Shown here piece by piece: positions 40,176-58,709 of a DNA stretch of 64,000 bases. The notes under the pieces are model-generated. The model worked only from the letters and a program-made list of their open reading frames with translations. It did no database searches and was not told the origin of the DNA. Both the position numbers and the translations under genes were made by a program. The DNA is from Dictyostelium discoideum (Eukaryota): the NCBI GenBank assembly GCA_000004695.1, contig CM000151.3:2528001-2592000 (forward strand). The letters are read 5' to 3'. How positions within the stretch are numbered: the first letter of the stretch is position 1; the number at the start of each line of letters is the position of its first letter.

Positions 40176-41064
40176 TTTTTTTTTATTTTAAAAAAAAAAA
40201 AAAGTGTTTAGGAAAACTTTATTTATTTGTTTTTTTATTTATTTTTATATAAAAATTTCAATTATAAAAAATAAATAAGAAATAAAAAAGAAAAAAATTA
40301 TAAAAAAAAAAAAAAAAAATAGTATTTTTAAAAACACTCAAAAAAAAAAAATTATTAAAAAAAAAAAAAAAATAATAAATATCTTCATTTTTTTTTTTTT
40401 TTTTTTTTTAATCAAGATATTTAAAAAAATAATAAAATAAATAAAATTAATATTCCATTTAAATGAAAATAAATTTTGATTTTAAAAAAAATAAAAATGG
40501 AATATTTTTATTTTTTTATTATTTAAAATACTCAACATAACCAAATATAAATGAACAACGTTGACATTACCAACCAGCCTTCAAAATAAAAAAATTATTT
40601 TCAAATATTTTTTTTTGAATTTTATTTTTTTTATTTTTTTTTATTTTTTTTTTATAATTTTTTTTTTTTTATTTTTTATTTTTTATTTTTTTTGAAAATT
40701 TTTATTTTTTTTATAATTAAAAATACAACAATATATTTTTAAAATAACATTCCCTAATCAAAAAAAAAAAAAAAAAAACATCTTTTTTTTTTGTTATTGT
40801 TTAATTAATTCCTATTTTTTTTAATATTAAAAAAAAAAAAAAAAAAAAGGGAATTGGGAACCTTATTTAAATAATTAATAAATTAATAAATTTTATTTTT
40901 TATTTTTCACCCCACCACACCACCACGATAGATGAAATTGATTTTTTTAAAATTTTAAAATTTATCGTTCATTTATTTATTTATTTTTGTATTTATTTAT
41001 ATATATATATAATTAAAATTTTTAATTTTTTTTTTTTTTTAAAAAAAAAACCCAAACTTAAAGA

Positions 41065-47617
<6,553 letters not shown>

Positions 47618-47883
47618 AATAATAAATTTAAAAAAAAATAAAAATAAAAAAAAAAAATTTATTATTTTATTTTATTTTATTTTTTTTTTTTTTTTGATTT
47701 TGTGTGTATATATATATATATATATATTTATCTACACAAAGAATAAATAATAAATGAATTGTTCAATAAATAATAAATTCGAATTTTAATTTATTGATTA
47801 AATAAATAAATAAATAAATAAATATATATATAAATGGTAATGCATTTTAGAGTTGGATAATTTCTTTTTGTTTTTTTTCTTGT

Positions 47884-49531
47884 TTAGAAAGCAATTAATA
47901 ATACAAGTGATACCAATACAATTAATAATGATGATTTTACAGTGTTAGAGCTTGATGGTGTTGATCCATCCTCAAGAGATTCTGTTTGAGTATCTGTAGT
48001 TGATGGTGATGATGTGGTTGTTGATGAACCAGTTGTTGTTGATGAACCAGTTGTTGTTGTTGATGAACCAGTAGTTGTTTTGGAAGTAGTTGATGTGGTT
48101 GATGTAGTAGTTGGTTTGGAAGTAGTTGATGTAGTTGATGTAGTTGATGTAGTTGATGTGGTTGTTGGTTTAGAGGTAGTTGATGTAGTTGATGTTGTTG
48201 ATGTAGTTGTTGGTTTAGAGGTAGTTGATGTTGTTGATGTTGTTGATGTAGTTGATGTGGTTGATGTAGTAGTTGGTTTGGAGGTAGTTGATGAGGTTGA
48301 TGTAGTAGATGTGGTTGAACTAGATGAAGAGGCAACCCAAGAAGCACATGTACTGGCTTTAGTTAATTGTAAATAACCAGTATCTGGATACCTATATGTT
48401 TTACCACTTGCACTTGTGACAGAGAAATAATATTTAGCACACACTTGATAAACTGTTGAAGTTGTATAAATACCAGAATTGGCTGTACCACCAAATAATG
48501 TCATATCAATTGATGTTCCATTTTCAAAAATAAATGATACTTTACTTGCTGCATCTGTTGAACTATAATATGATAAATAATAATTTGGTGCATTTGCTCC
48601 AAAGAAGAAAGTATGGAATCCTGAATAAATTGGAGTAGTTGGTAATCCACAAATACCTTAATAAAATAATAATAGTAATAAGAATAAAAATAATTAATCA
48701 ATCAATAAAATTATTTTTAAAAAAAAAAAAAAAAAAAAATTTAAATTAAATTAAATAAAACAAATGTTAACAACTTTAAATAAACAAATTAAAAAAAAAA
48801 AAAAAAAAAAAACTAAAATTACCATTATCAAAATCTTGGGTCCAATAATTTCCATATTGACTACTTGAGTTATAGTAAAAACCAATACCAACGATTTTAT
48901 AGTTTCCCATTATATTCTTACGGTGTCCAGCATCAGAGCTTGTATCAACTACACAAACACCAGAAACAGCATCACAAAGTAATTGACTAGTTGTTCCGAT
49001 TCCTGATACCCCTCCTGCTGCAATATTCTCAGCAATTGAATTTCCTGCAGATTGACAACCGGCAACAAAGGAATCGAAACGAGTACTCCAAGAAGTTCCA
49101 TCATAGCTGTTATGCTTAACATTTTTAATAATAATAAAATAAAATAAATAAATATTAATTATTGATTATTTAAAAAAATATTTTAAAATAAAAGAAATAA
49201 TAATAAATTTTTAACTATTTACACTAAAATAACCTTTAATGCCCATTTCTGAAGAGTGTGATCTTGCAAGATAACCTAATGTTTGATTATAATAAACTGG
49301 TGTAGTTGGTGGTAAAGCTGTTGATGTGGTAAATAAATTTTGGTAACCAGAATATCCAGTCATAAAAGTATCTCTATATTTTGTTGGCAATTGACGAACA
49401 ACATTCATCATTGTGTGAGCTTCTCTTTCTTGATAATTTGGATAACCAGAATTATCAGATTCTCCATATGATTTAACATTTGAAATTGATAAATAAATTA
49501 TACAGATAATTAATAAAATTGAAATTTTCAT
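47884..49531 (-). CDS. Secreted CAP/SCP/PR-1 superfamily protein with C-terminal Thr/Ser-rich mucin-like repeats; 3 exons: 49531..49223, 49114..48823, 48656..47884
   Basis: Exon 1 has a signal peptide (MKISILLIICIIYLSISNV) and the CAP start (…EREAHTMMNVVRQLP…); donor AGT|gtaaat. Exon 2 (acceptor …tgttaag|): HNSYDGTSWSTRFDSFVAGCQSAGNSIAENIAAGG…GHRKNIMGNYKIVGIGFYY… carries the CAP signature GH(Y/R)TQ-type motif; donor G|gtaatt. Exon 3 (…ttattaag|) runs through …YQVCAKYYFSV… into (TTSTTSKP)n repeats. The ORF track shows only exons 1 and 3. Confidence 0.65.
47930..48300 (-). repeat. Coding minisatellite (TTSTTS[K]P)n, ~24-33 nt units
   Basis: On the plus strand this is 'gtagttgatgtagttgatgt…ggtttggaagtagttgatgt…', reiterated within the CAP gene 3' exon. 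It generates the spurious antisense ORFs 47937..48347 and 48014..48376. Confidence 0.7.
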
Positions 49532-50303
49532 TTTTTAATTTATTTCTTAATTATTTTTTGTAAAAAAAAAAAAAAAAAAAAAAACTATTTTATATTTAAA
49601 TTTTTTATTTTTATTATTTTTGATTAGTACTATTTTTAGCCCTGTACAAAAAAAAAAAAATAAAAAAATAAAAATAAAAAAAAAAAAAATAAAAATTTTT
49701 CATATAAGATTATTTATGATAAAAATTGGATTTGTGGTGTTGGTGCAAAAATTATTTAAATAAAATATCTTTTTTTTTTTAAAATAATTAAACCCATTTT
49801 ACCACTAAAAAAAATATCTTTTTTTTGATTGTTATTTTTTAAAGAAAATCTTTTTGATTTCGTTTAGACAAAGCCATTTTTTTTTTTTTTTTTTTATAAT
49901 TATAAGAAAATTTTTTGATTAAAAAAAAAAAAAAGAAAAAAAAAAAATCCAAAAAATAGAATGATTAAATGTATTATATCATATGTAATTTGTTTTCACA
50001 GTAATAAAAACTTTCAAATATAAATTTGACACTTTAAAAAATTGAAGTTTTTTTTTTTTTTTTTTTTTTTTTTAATAATGATTTAATTTGTTTTTTATTC
50101 ATATGAATAAACTAAATTCAAAATTTAGTTTAAAAAATAATAAAAATAAAAAAATAATAAACAGAAAAATTTCTGCATTAAATTATTTTTTTCATTTTTT
50201 TTTATTTTTTTTTTTTTTTTTTTAATTTTTTTTTTTTTTAATTTACTTTTCCTACTTCCAATTTTAAAATTAAAAAAACAAACTTAATAGTCAATAAAAA
50301 ACA

Positions 50304-51413
50304 ATGACACTAACCAAAAAGTTAGCGGTTTCACAATTCATAACAACATCAAAGAATGATTATTATCATTTATTCTTAAATGGATCATTCTTTTTATATT
50401 ATATAATAATAGCTTTATTATTTTGTTTTTTCATTATTTTTAAAAGATATAGATCACCAAAAACAATAATTATTTCATTATGTTGTATTGTTAAAGTTTT
50501 CTTTTCATCATTATTTTTAACAGATTTTTTAAATTTTATTGATAATCAAAAATATAATTATTCAAAAAATTCATTTTATTTCAGTAAATTATTAAAATCA
50601 TTATCAACAATATCATCGATAACAACATCATCAACATTAAATTCATTTCACTTTTACTTATTTATATCATTTATAACATTTGCATTATATTTTATAATAT
50701 CATATAAACTATATGGTATAGTTTATAAGAAATCTGAAAACGAAATTAATAATGGTGGAATTATAAATGAAATTAGAAATAAATTATTAAATACAATTTT
50801 CAAAGGTAGAAGAGTTGCAATCGTTGAATTGATAGCATTGGTTTGGATATTTAGTTTACTATTTATGATTTTACAATCATCATTATTTGAAACATCAAAT
50901 ATTGAATCAGGAAAGAGTAAAAAAGTTTTAATATTTTCATTATTATCTTTAATTTCATTTGGTTATTTATTATTAAATATTAGAACTAGATCAAAGAATT
51001 TACAAATTTCAAGAAATTCATTTTTAGATAATCATTCAACAACAACAACAGCAATTAAAAATAAAGTAACATTTGAATTGTTTAATTTAGAGATTTCAAA
51101 AGATATTGTTATAACAAAATTAAATGATTCATTCGCACAATTCATTTATTATTCAACAATGTATTATTTTTCAATTACATTGGTTTATTATAGTATAACA
51201 ATATCAAGTGGATTTTGGAAATTAGCTTTAGATGGAGTATCTCCAACTTTTTCACTTGCAATTTCAACTTATCAAGCAATTGCAAATGTTTTACCAATAA
51301 TTGATATCATTTTCACAATAACTTTTATTATACATTCTATCACTTTAATAAATTATTCAAATCAAATTTATGAAATCGATAAAGTAATAATAAATAAAAA
51401 TAAATCAAAATAA
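50304..51413 (+). CDS. Hypothetical multi-pass membrane protein (~7 predicted TM helices), 369 aa
   Basis: Long ORF with several 20-23-residue hydrophobic stretches separated by polar loops. No family motif recognised. Confidence 0.45.
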   Translation: MTLTKKLAVSQFITTSKNDYYHLFLNGSFFLYYIIIALLFCFFIIFKRYRSPKTIIISLCCIVKVFFSSLFLTDFLNFIDNQKYNYSKNSFYFSKLLKSLSTISSITTSSTLNSFHFYLFISFITFALYFIISYKLYGIVYKKSENEINNGGIINEIRNKLLNTIFKGRRVAIVELIALVWIFSLLFMILQSSLFETSNIESGKSKKVLIFSLLSLISFGYLLLNIRTRSKNLQISRNSFLDNHSTTTTAIKNKVTFELFNLEISKDIVITKLNDSFAQFIYYSTMYYFSITLVYYSITISSGFWKLALDGVSPTFSLAISTYQAIANVLPIIDIIFTITFIIHSITLINYSNQIYEIDKVIINKNKSK

Positions 51414-52464
51414 AACAAAATAATAATTATATTTCAAAAAATAAATAAATAAATAAATAATTATTTATTGATTGTACTTTATTTTTAGAAATTGGTTTAT
51501 TTTTAATTAATTAATTAATTAATTTAGAAATTTGTTCATTTTTATTTTTATCAATTGATATTTGTGATAGTGTGTGTGTGTGATTTATTATTTTTGTGTG
51601 TGTTTACTTGTTTTTTTTTTCATTTTTATTTTTATTTTTTTTATTTTTATTTTTTTTTTTTTTGGGAGTTGTTTTATTGTTTTATTTGTTTTCTTTGTTA
51701 TTTTGGATATATTGAAAATATCAAATTTGATTTAATATTGCAACAACACAACACCCACTTACAATTTTAGGGGATTTATTGCCATATTTAGTAAATTAAA
51801 AAATTTATATAAACATATTCTAATTTTTATTAAAGTAAAAAATTATATTTAAGACCACACCCTATTTCTAACATATCAGTTACCTAAATAGCACCAACAA
51901 TGATTACAACAAAATACCTGAAATTATAAAAATGGATTTTCAATTTTTAGTTTATTTTTTTTTTTTTTTTTGAAGGTGTAAAAAAGGTGGGTTAGTTCCC
52001 CAAATGTACACACAAAAAAAAAAAAAAATAAATAATTAATAAATAATAAAAAAAAAAATTGAAAATAAAAAATATATTTATAGCAATTATAACAATGCTC
52101 CCACACAGCAACAATTAAATTGTTTATCTTTTTTTTATTTTATTTTTTTTTTTTTAAATTTTTTTCTTCAACAAATCTTGATATAATCAAATTATTATTA
52201 TTAATAATAAAAATTATTTATTTATTATTTATTTTTAATTATTGTTTTTTTTTATTATTACTGTTTTTATTTTTTTTATTTTTAATAATAGAAATAATAA
52301 TAATTTTCAAAATTATTTATTATTAAGCAATTGATCAAAATAAATAAAAGATTAATTAATTAAATAAAAATTTCACATATACAAAAAAATAAATTAAAAA
52401 TAAATTAAAAATAAATTAAAAATAAATTAAAAATAAATTAAAAATAAAAAAAAAAAAAAATAAA

Positions 52465-52661
52465 ATGTGCAAAAAATTGAATATTTGTTTTTTAGGAGAT
52501 AAATGTGTTGGAAAGACAAGCACAATACACACAATGGTAAATTCTTTTTTTGATGACGAAAAATATAGCCCCACAATAGAATCAAAATTTACAAAACTAT
52601 TTTCATATAAAGTTTTATATAATTTAAATATATATGATACAGGTAAATATTTTTTTGTTTG

Positions 52662-52693
<32 letters not shown>

Positions 52694-53232
52694 CAATATT
52701 AATATTGATATTTTTTTTATTATTATTTTTTTATTATTAAAAAAAAGCCGGATCAATTGAGATGGAAAGTATATTATTAGATACAATTAAACAATGTGAT
52801 TGTTTTGTAATAATGTATTCAATATCTGATAGAGATTCATATGATTCAATTTATAAATATAGAGATTTAATTAAAGAAGCATTCCCATTTAAAGATAATA
52901 TACCCATTATATTATGTGCCAATAAAAACGATTTAAAATGGGAATCACAATTTTCACATAATGAAATTATTGATATTTCAAAATCATTTGGAAAACCATC
53001 AACAATTTCTTCGGCTAAATGTTTAAATTCTGTTATAAACACTTTCAAATTATTATTAGATATTGTTCAAAGAAATGAAAAACAAATTAAAAAAGATATA
53101 AAAAAGTATGAAAAAAATTTAAAAAGGAATGATAAATTAGAATTTGATTTAGAAAAAAAGAAATCAATTTTTAAACATGTTTTATTACAAATTAAATATC
53201 ATAAATTAGTTTTAAATAATTTAATTAATTAA
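52465..53232 (+). CDS. Ras-superfamily small GTPase, atypical (no CAAX; Ser in place of catalytic Gln), ~220 aa; 2 exons: 52465..52642, 52748..53232
   Basis: G1 'GDKCVGKTS', switch I 'YSPTIES'. Donor …GATACAG|gtaaat and acceptor …aaaaaag|CCGGA reconstitute G3 'DTAGS'. G4 'NKND', G5 'SAK'. The C-terminus is basic with no prenylation box. Confidence 0.7.
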
Positions 53233-53379
53233 AATTTTTTAAAAAATTAAATTTTAATTTATATATATATATTTATTAAAAAAAGTTAAAAGAATAAAAT
53301 TTTTTTTTTAAATTAATTTTTGTTTTATTATTTTTTTTTATTACTATTTAATTTTAATTTTAATTTTTTTTTTTTTTTT

Positions 53380-53445
53380 TTAATTATTATTAATAATATA
53401 TGTAGTTGTTGTAGTTGTAGTTGATATTAAAGTGATTGTATTGGA

Positions 53446-53489
<44 letters not shown>

Positions 53490-54813
53490 CATTTGATAAA
53501 ATTGTTGAATTTGTTGATTGATCATTTGGTAATGGTTTTGGTAATGGTAAGTTATAAGATTTTGGTAATGTTATTGATTTAATTGTTGATGGAAGTATTG
53601 ATGGTAATGGTTTATTAAAATTTATACCAAATTCAATTTCAATTAAATTTGGGGGTAAATTTAATAATGGTTGATTAAAGTCATTTCCAAATTTAATAAA
53701 AGTTAATTGATAAAATTGTGATAAATTTCCTAATGATTTATTAAAATCATTACCAAATGTAATTGATTTTAAAGTATCTTTTGGTAAAATGGTTGCACCA
53801 GTGCCATTAATTATAATATCTTGATTAAAACTATCACCAAATGACAGTATTGAAACTTTTGAAGGGATGGATAATTTTTGATTGAAATCATTTCCAAATT
53901 TTAAATAAGTTAAAAATGGTGATAAATCACCTGGTTCAATGATTTGATTAAATGAATCACCAAATGTTAAATGGTATAAAACTTTTGGAATTGGGGACCA
54001 TTTTAAAGGTAAATTATACTTATTACCCAATTGCAAGAATCTGACAGTTGATGGAATTGAATCCTTAACGAATGGTGCAGTATAGTCATTACCAAATTGA
54101 ATTTTGATAACTCCCAATGGAATAACATTTGCCGGTAAAAACCAATTAAATTCATCACCAAATATAATGGTTATCACAGTATTTGGTATCACTCCTTCAC
54201 CAATTGGCATATTATACTTCTTTCCAAATTCAATTCTATGTAAATTACCACCTTCATTTTGAAAGAAGCCTTTTGGAATATGTTTATTAAATTGTTCACC
54301 AAATTCAATAATTTTTAAAAACTTTGGAACTGTACCTTCTAATAATATTGAATTATAACTATCACCATAACATAATACTTCAACTTGTTCTGATAATTCA
54401 CCAACTTTAATTGGTTTATCTTTAAATCTTAAAAAATGTTTTTTTTCTAACTTTTTATATAAATTATTATCATCACTATTAATAATATTGTTGTTTTCAT
54501 TATTATTTATTAAATTTCTATAATTTCTATTATAAGTTGTAATTTCAATTTTAACTGTTATATCGGTTTTACTATTAGTTTCATTTGCAAGTTTTAAGAT
54601 TTTTTTATATTCAGTATCAAATTTTGAACTATAATCATCTTCTTCATCTTCCTCTTCTTCAAATTTTCCTTCCTCTTCTTCATTTTCTTCTCCTTCTTCT
54701 TCTTCATATAAATTATCATCCCCAAAATTATTATTTTCATCACTTTCATTATCTACAAAAAATTCATCTCTTATTTGATTTTGATCTTCATTAATATTAA
54801 TTAATTGTACCAT
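53380..54813 (-). CDS. FNIP-repeat protein with acidic N-terminus, 477 aa
   Basis: N-terminal E/D-rich region, then more than 12 FNIP repeats (…FGDEFNWFLPANVIPLGVIKIQFGNDYTAPFVKDSIPSTVRFLQLGNKYNLPL…), and a C-terminal poly-N. Confidence 0.8.
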
Positions 54814-55067
54814 TCTCTTTTTTTCTTTTTTTTTTTTATTTTATTTTATTTTTTTTTTTATATTTTTTTATTTTTATTTGGATATTTTTTTTTTTTTTTT
54901 TTTATTTATTTTTTTTATTCTATTATTTTTTATATAATATTTTTAATTTTTATTATTTTTTGTTTTTTATAAATTTTTTTTTTTAAATATTCATATAAAT
55001 TTAATTTTTTAATATTTAGTATTTTAATAATAAATAATTAAAGACAAAAATTGTAATCATTGTTTTT

Positions 55068-55104
<37 letters not shown>

Positions 55105-55404
55105 CAAATTTTTAAACAATAATACAAATTTTTATATATATTTAGAATTATTTAATTTGTAAAAATATTCAATCTAACACACCAGTATATATGCATTTTT
55201 GCACATATAAACAAAACAGTAACAAGAACCCCCACTTTAAAATAATAATGTGTTAGAAAAAATAAATAAAAATAAAAAAAAAAATAAATTTAAAAAAAAA
55301 AAAAAAAAAAACATAAAAATAATAAATAAAATGGGTGTTGTTATTTATGATTCATCCTAAACGGTATTTAAATTATTTAATGCAGAGAAATTAGTATATA
55401 AAAA

Positions 55405-55450
<46 letters not shown>

Positions 55451-55645
55451 GGGTATAATTCTTAAAAATAATGGTGTTTTGGTTTAAATGTAGAATATTA
55501 TTTATATATATAATCAATCAAAAAAAATAAAAATATATGGGTAATTTCAGAAATAAATAAATACTCCCAAACAACATGCATCGTATTATAAATACAGATT
55601 TATAAAAACGTGTAAAAAAAATAATTAATCTACAATCAAGTAATC

Positions 55646-55710
<65 letters not shown>

Positions 55711-55981
55711 CAAATTATTCAAAAAAAAAAATAAAAAATAAATAGTAAATAATAAATAATAAATTTTCAAACTCATTTCATTATCTGATAATTCTGAAAT
55801 TCTTTTTTTAGTTTTTATTTTATTTTAAACAAATCATATCTGATCATTTTTTTTTTTCACTTTTTTTCCATTTTTTTTTTTTTTCCTTTTTTTTTTAATT
55901 TTTTTTTTTTATTTTATTTTATTTTATTTTATTTTATTTTATTTTATTTTATTTTATTTTATTTTATTTTATAATTAAATA

Positions 55982-56593
55982 ATGGAAGAAAGAAAAAAAA
56001 ATTATATTGAAGATTTTGATTGGTTTAATATGTATTTTAAAGAAATTGAATACAGTGAAAATGATTGTGTAATTGGTCAATGTAAAAGATGTAATTCTAT
56101 TTTTAAAACCTATTCAAAAAGAAATTTTGAACTTAATGATTTTGTTTTTCATATTAGTATGTTATATATTTTTTTTATTTTTTCCAAATTTAATAAAAAA
56201 AAAAAAAAAATATATTAATTATTTAATTTTACAAAAAATTATTTTAAAAGATACTCATTTAGAAAATGATATTAAAAAAAAACCAAAAAACAATTATATA
56301 AGAATAAAAGGTAAAAAATATATTCAAGATAAGGAAGGTCATACATTTTTTTATAATCATTTTATTCAATCAGCAACATGTAGTGGAGTTTTAGGTGGTT
56401 CATGTAAGAAATGTGATGAATATATAGAAACCTATGAAGAAATAGATTATTGTTTAGAAAAATTTGAAAATCATTTAAGTATGTATCTTTTTTTTAAATT
56501 TTTTATAAAAAAAAAACAAAAACAATGTCACCCCCCATACAAATCCTAAACACCTTAAATTTTTATTATTCACACAAACAAACATTTTCTAAT

Positions 56594-56624
<31 letters not shown>

Positions 56625-56678
56625 GATTATCATGGTTCTTATACAGAATATTTTTTTTCATTTTTTAATAAAAAATAA
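55982..56678 (+). CDS. Small protein with two BED-type zinc fingers (~151 aa); 3 exons: 55982..56156, 56251..56478, 56626..56678
   Basis: Finger 1: 'DWFNMYF…CVIGQCKRC…FELNDFVFHI|N-THLE', where H-x3-H is completed across donor A|gtatgt and acceptor ttaaaag|AT. Finger 2: 'HTFFYNHF…CSGVLGGSCKKCDEYIETYEEIDYCLEKFENHL|NYH', again completed across A|gtatgt and aaaaag|ATTATCAT. Both follow the zf-BED pattern W/F..F…C-x2-C…L..H-x3-H. Confidence 0.45.
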
Positions 56679-56693
56679 TAATAATAATTTTAT

Positions 56694-58199
56694 TTATAAA
56701 TATTTAGTTTTAATTGGTGTATATTCCATTGGAAAATCAGGTTTTAAATGTTGTGGTAAAAATGAAGATAAATAATTATGATTCTTTTTATCTAATCTAA
56801 AATAATCATTTGAAGAAATTGAATTTAAAATTACATCATCACTAAAATTTGATCTGAATTTCTCTAAAATAGTAGCCAATTGAAATCGATATTGTGGCAT
56901 ATTTCTACAACAAAAATGGAAACCTTTATCTGAACAACCTTGATTACCATTCTTAACTAACCAATTGAAAATATCGAACCTACCTGAAAACAACGCATTA
57001 TCCATAACGGTTGTGGTTATTGTAAATATTGAATTAAAGTATTGGTTTCCACTTAAATATTTCATCATTTCCAATGACGATTGATTATGGTCATAACAAA
57101 TGTTTGATGAAATATCACCAATGAATGAAATAATACAAGTTTTACCATTTTTAAAATTTGATAGTTTTTCATAAACTTCTATATCCCCAATTGTCTCTTT
57201 TAACGATAAATCGTCATCTTCATCATCGGTGGCGGTGGTATTATTAAATAAATTCAATTTTTTGCAATAATAATCTAAAATTTCTTTATCACATCTGTAT
57301 ACTAATAAATATAAAAAACAATATTTATTTATAAATGGTGAAGTTTTAATTGAACTGAATTTATTACTAAAATAATCTTGATTTTCTAATAATAATTTCA
57401 ACAAATCAAATGAACCAAATTTAATAGTTTCAATAATAACTGTCGTTGTTAATTTTAATTGTTCATTATTAAACATTTGAAAAATGAATTTTATAAATTC
57501 CAAATTTAAATTATTACCACACGTTTTTATAATTGATACAATTGTATCTTCATTTTTTAAATAATTTTTTAAAATTTCAACATTATTTGATTTTTCTATT
57601 AATTCTTTAAAAAATTCAAAATCATTAAATTTAATTACAAGATTAATTTGTTGAAAATTTGAATTATTTATTAAATTATTATTTTTATTATTATTATTAT
57701 TATTATTTTTATTTAATTTTTCATCAATTAATAATAAATATTTAAAAAATTGATAATTTTCTTGACAACACACAAAATCAATTGAAATTTTTGTAATTTC
57801 AAAACTTTTTTCTTCAATTAAATATTTAATAATTAATTCATTTTTTGATTTCATTGAACTAAATAATGATTGTGAATTATTAAATTGTTGAATTGGTGTT
57901 AAATTTTCAAAAAATGATGGTACTTGACAAATTAAAATTTTTAAAATTTCAATTGATTGATTAAATTCTAGAAATCTTTGTAATAATGGATATGTTAATT
58001 GTTTTCTTTTATTTGCTTGGATTTTAAATATATAAATTAATAATTGAAAATGATTATTCATTACTATCCATTTAACTCCACATTGATTAAATTTCTTTAC
58101 TATAAATTTATTCTCTTTATTTATTATTGAAACTGATTCAAATATTTTATTTCTTAAATATTTATTATTAAATACTTTTTTAAATAATTGATAATCCAT
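56694..58199 (-). CDS. Hypothetical protein, 501 aa (lineage-specific)
   Basis: Long ORF of normal composition apart from one poly-N tract. No recognisable domain. Convergent with the BED-finger gene. Confidence 0.45.
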   Translation of the reverse strand: MDYQLFKKVFNNKYLRNKIFESVSIINKENKFIVKKFNQCGVKWIVMNNHFQLLIYIFKIQANKRKQLTYPLLQRFLEFNQSIEILKILICQVPSFFENLTPIQQFNNSQSLFSSMKSKNELIIKYLIEEKSFEITKISIDFVCCQENYQFFKYLLLIDEKLNKNNNNNNNKNNNLINNSNFQQINLVIKFNDFEFFKELIEKSNNVEILKNYLKNEDTIVSIIKTCGNNLNLEFIKFIFQMFNNEQLKLTTTVIIETIKFGSFDLLKLLLENQDYFSNKFSSIKTSPFINKYCFLYLLVYRCDKEILDYYCKKLNLFNNTTATDDEDDDLSLKETIGDIEVYEKLSNFKNGKTCIISFIGDISSNICYDHNQSSLEMMKYLSGNQYFNSIFTITTTVMDNALFSGRFDIFNWLVKNGNQGCSDKGFHFCCRNMPQYRFQLATILEKFRSNFSDDVILNSISSNDYFRLDKKNHNYLSSFLPQHLKPDFPMEYTPIKTKYL

Positions 58200-58260
58200 T
58201 TTTAATTGATGATAAATAAAAAAAATAAAAAAAGTTTTTTTTTCCCCATTTGACCCAATG

Positions 58261-58291
<31 letters not shown>

Positions 58292-58709
58292 AAAAACAAA
58301 AGAAATCAAATTTGATTTCAAAGAAAATTTAAAAATAAAACATTTTTTAGTGTTGGTGTTTTTTATTATAAAAAAAAAAAAAAGTTTTTAATGTGTGAAA
58401 AAACTAATAATGATTTATTAATAAATTAATCATTATTATTTTAGTTATTTTATTTTTATTTTTTTTTTTGATAAAGTAATGTGTCAAAGTATTGTTTAAT
58501 GTTATGTCTGTAAGTTTGTTGTTTAATTTTGTCATTTTTTGTTATTAGTTGATTTGTTTGTTTTGTTTTTGTTATTTTTGTTTTTGTTTTTGTTTTTGTT
58601 TGTTATTATTTTAAAAAGATATAATTTTATATACAAATTTTTATAATATATATATATGAAAATTAATAATTAATAAAAAAAAAAAAAAAAAAATTTATAT
58701 GAAAATTTA

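Noticed and set aside
47937-48376. ORFs 47937..48347(-) and 48014..48376(+), Q/H/L-rich and V/D-rich
   Set aside because: Alternative frames of the (TTSTTSKP)n minisatellite in the CAP-mucin gene.
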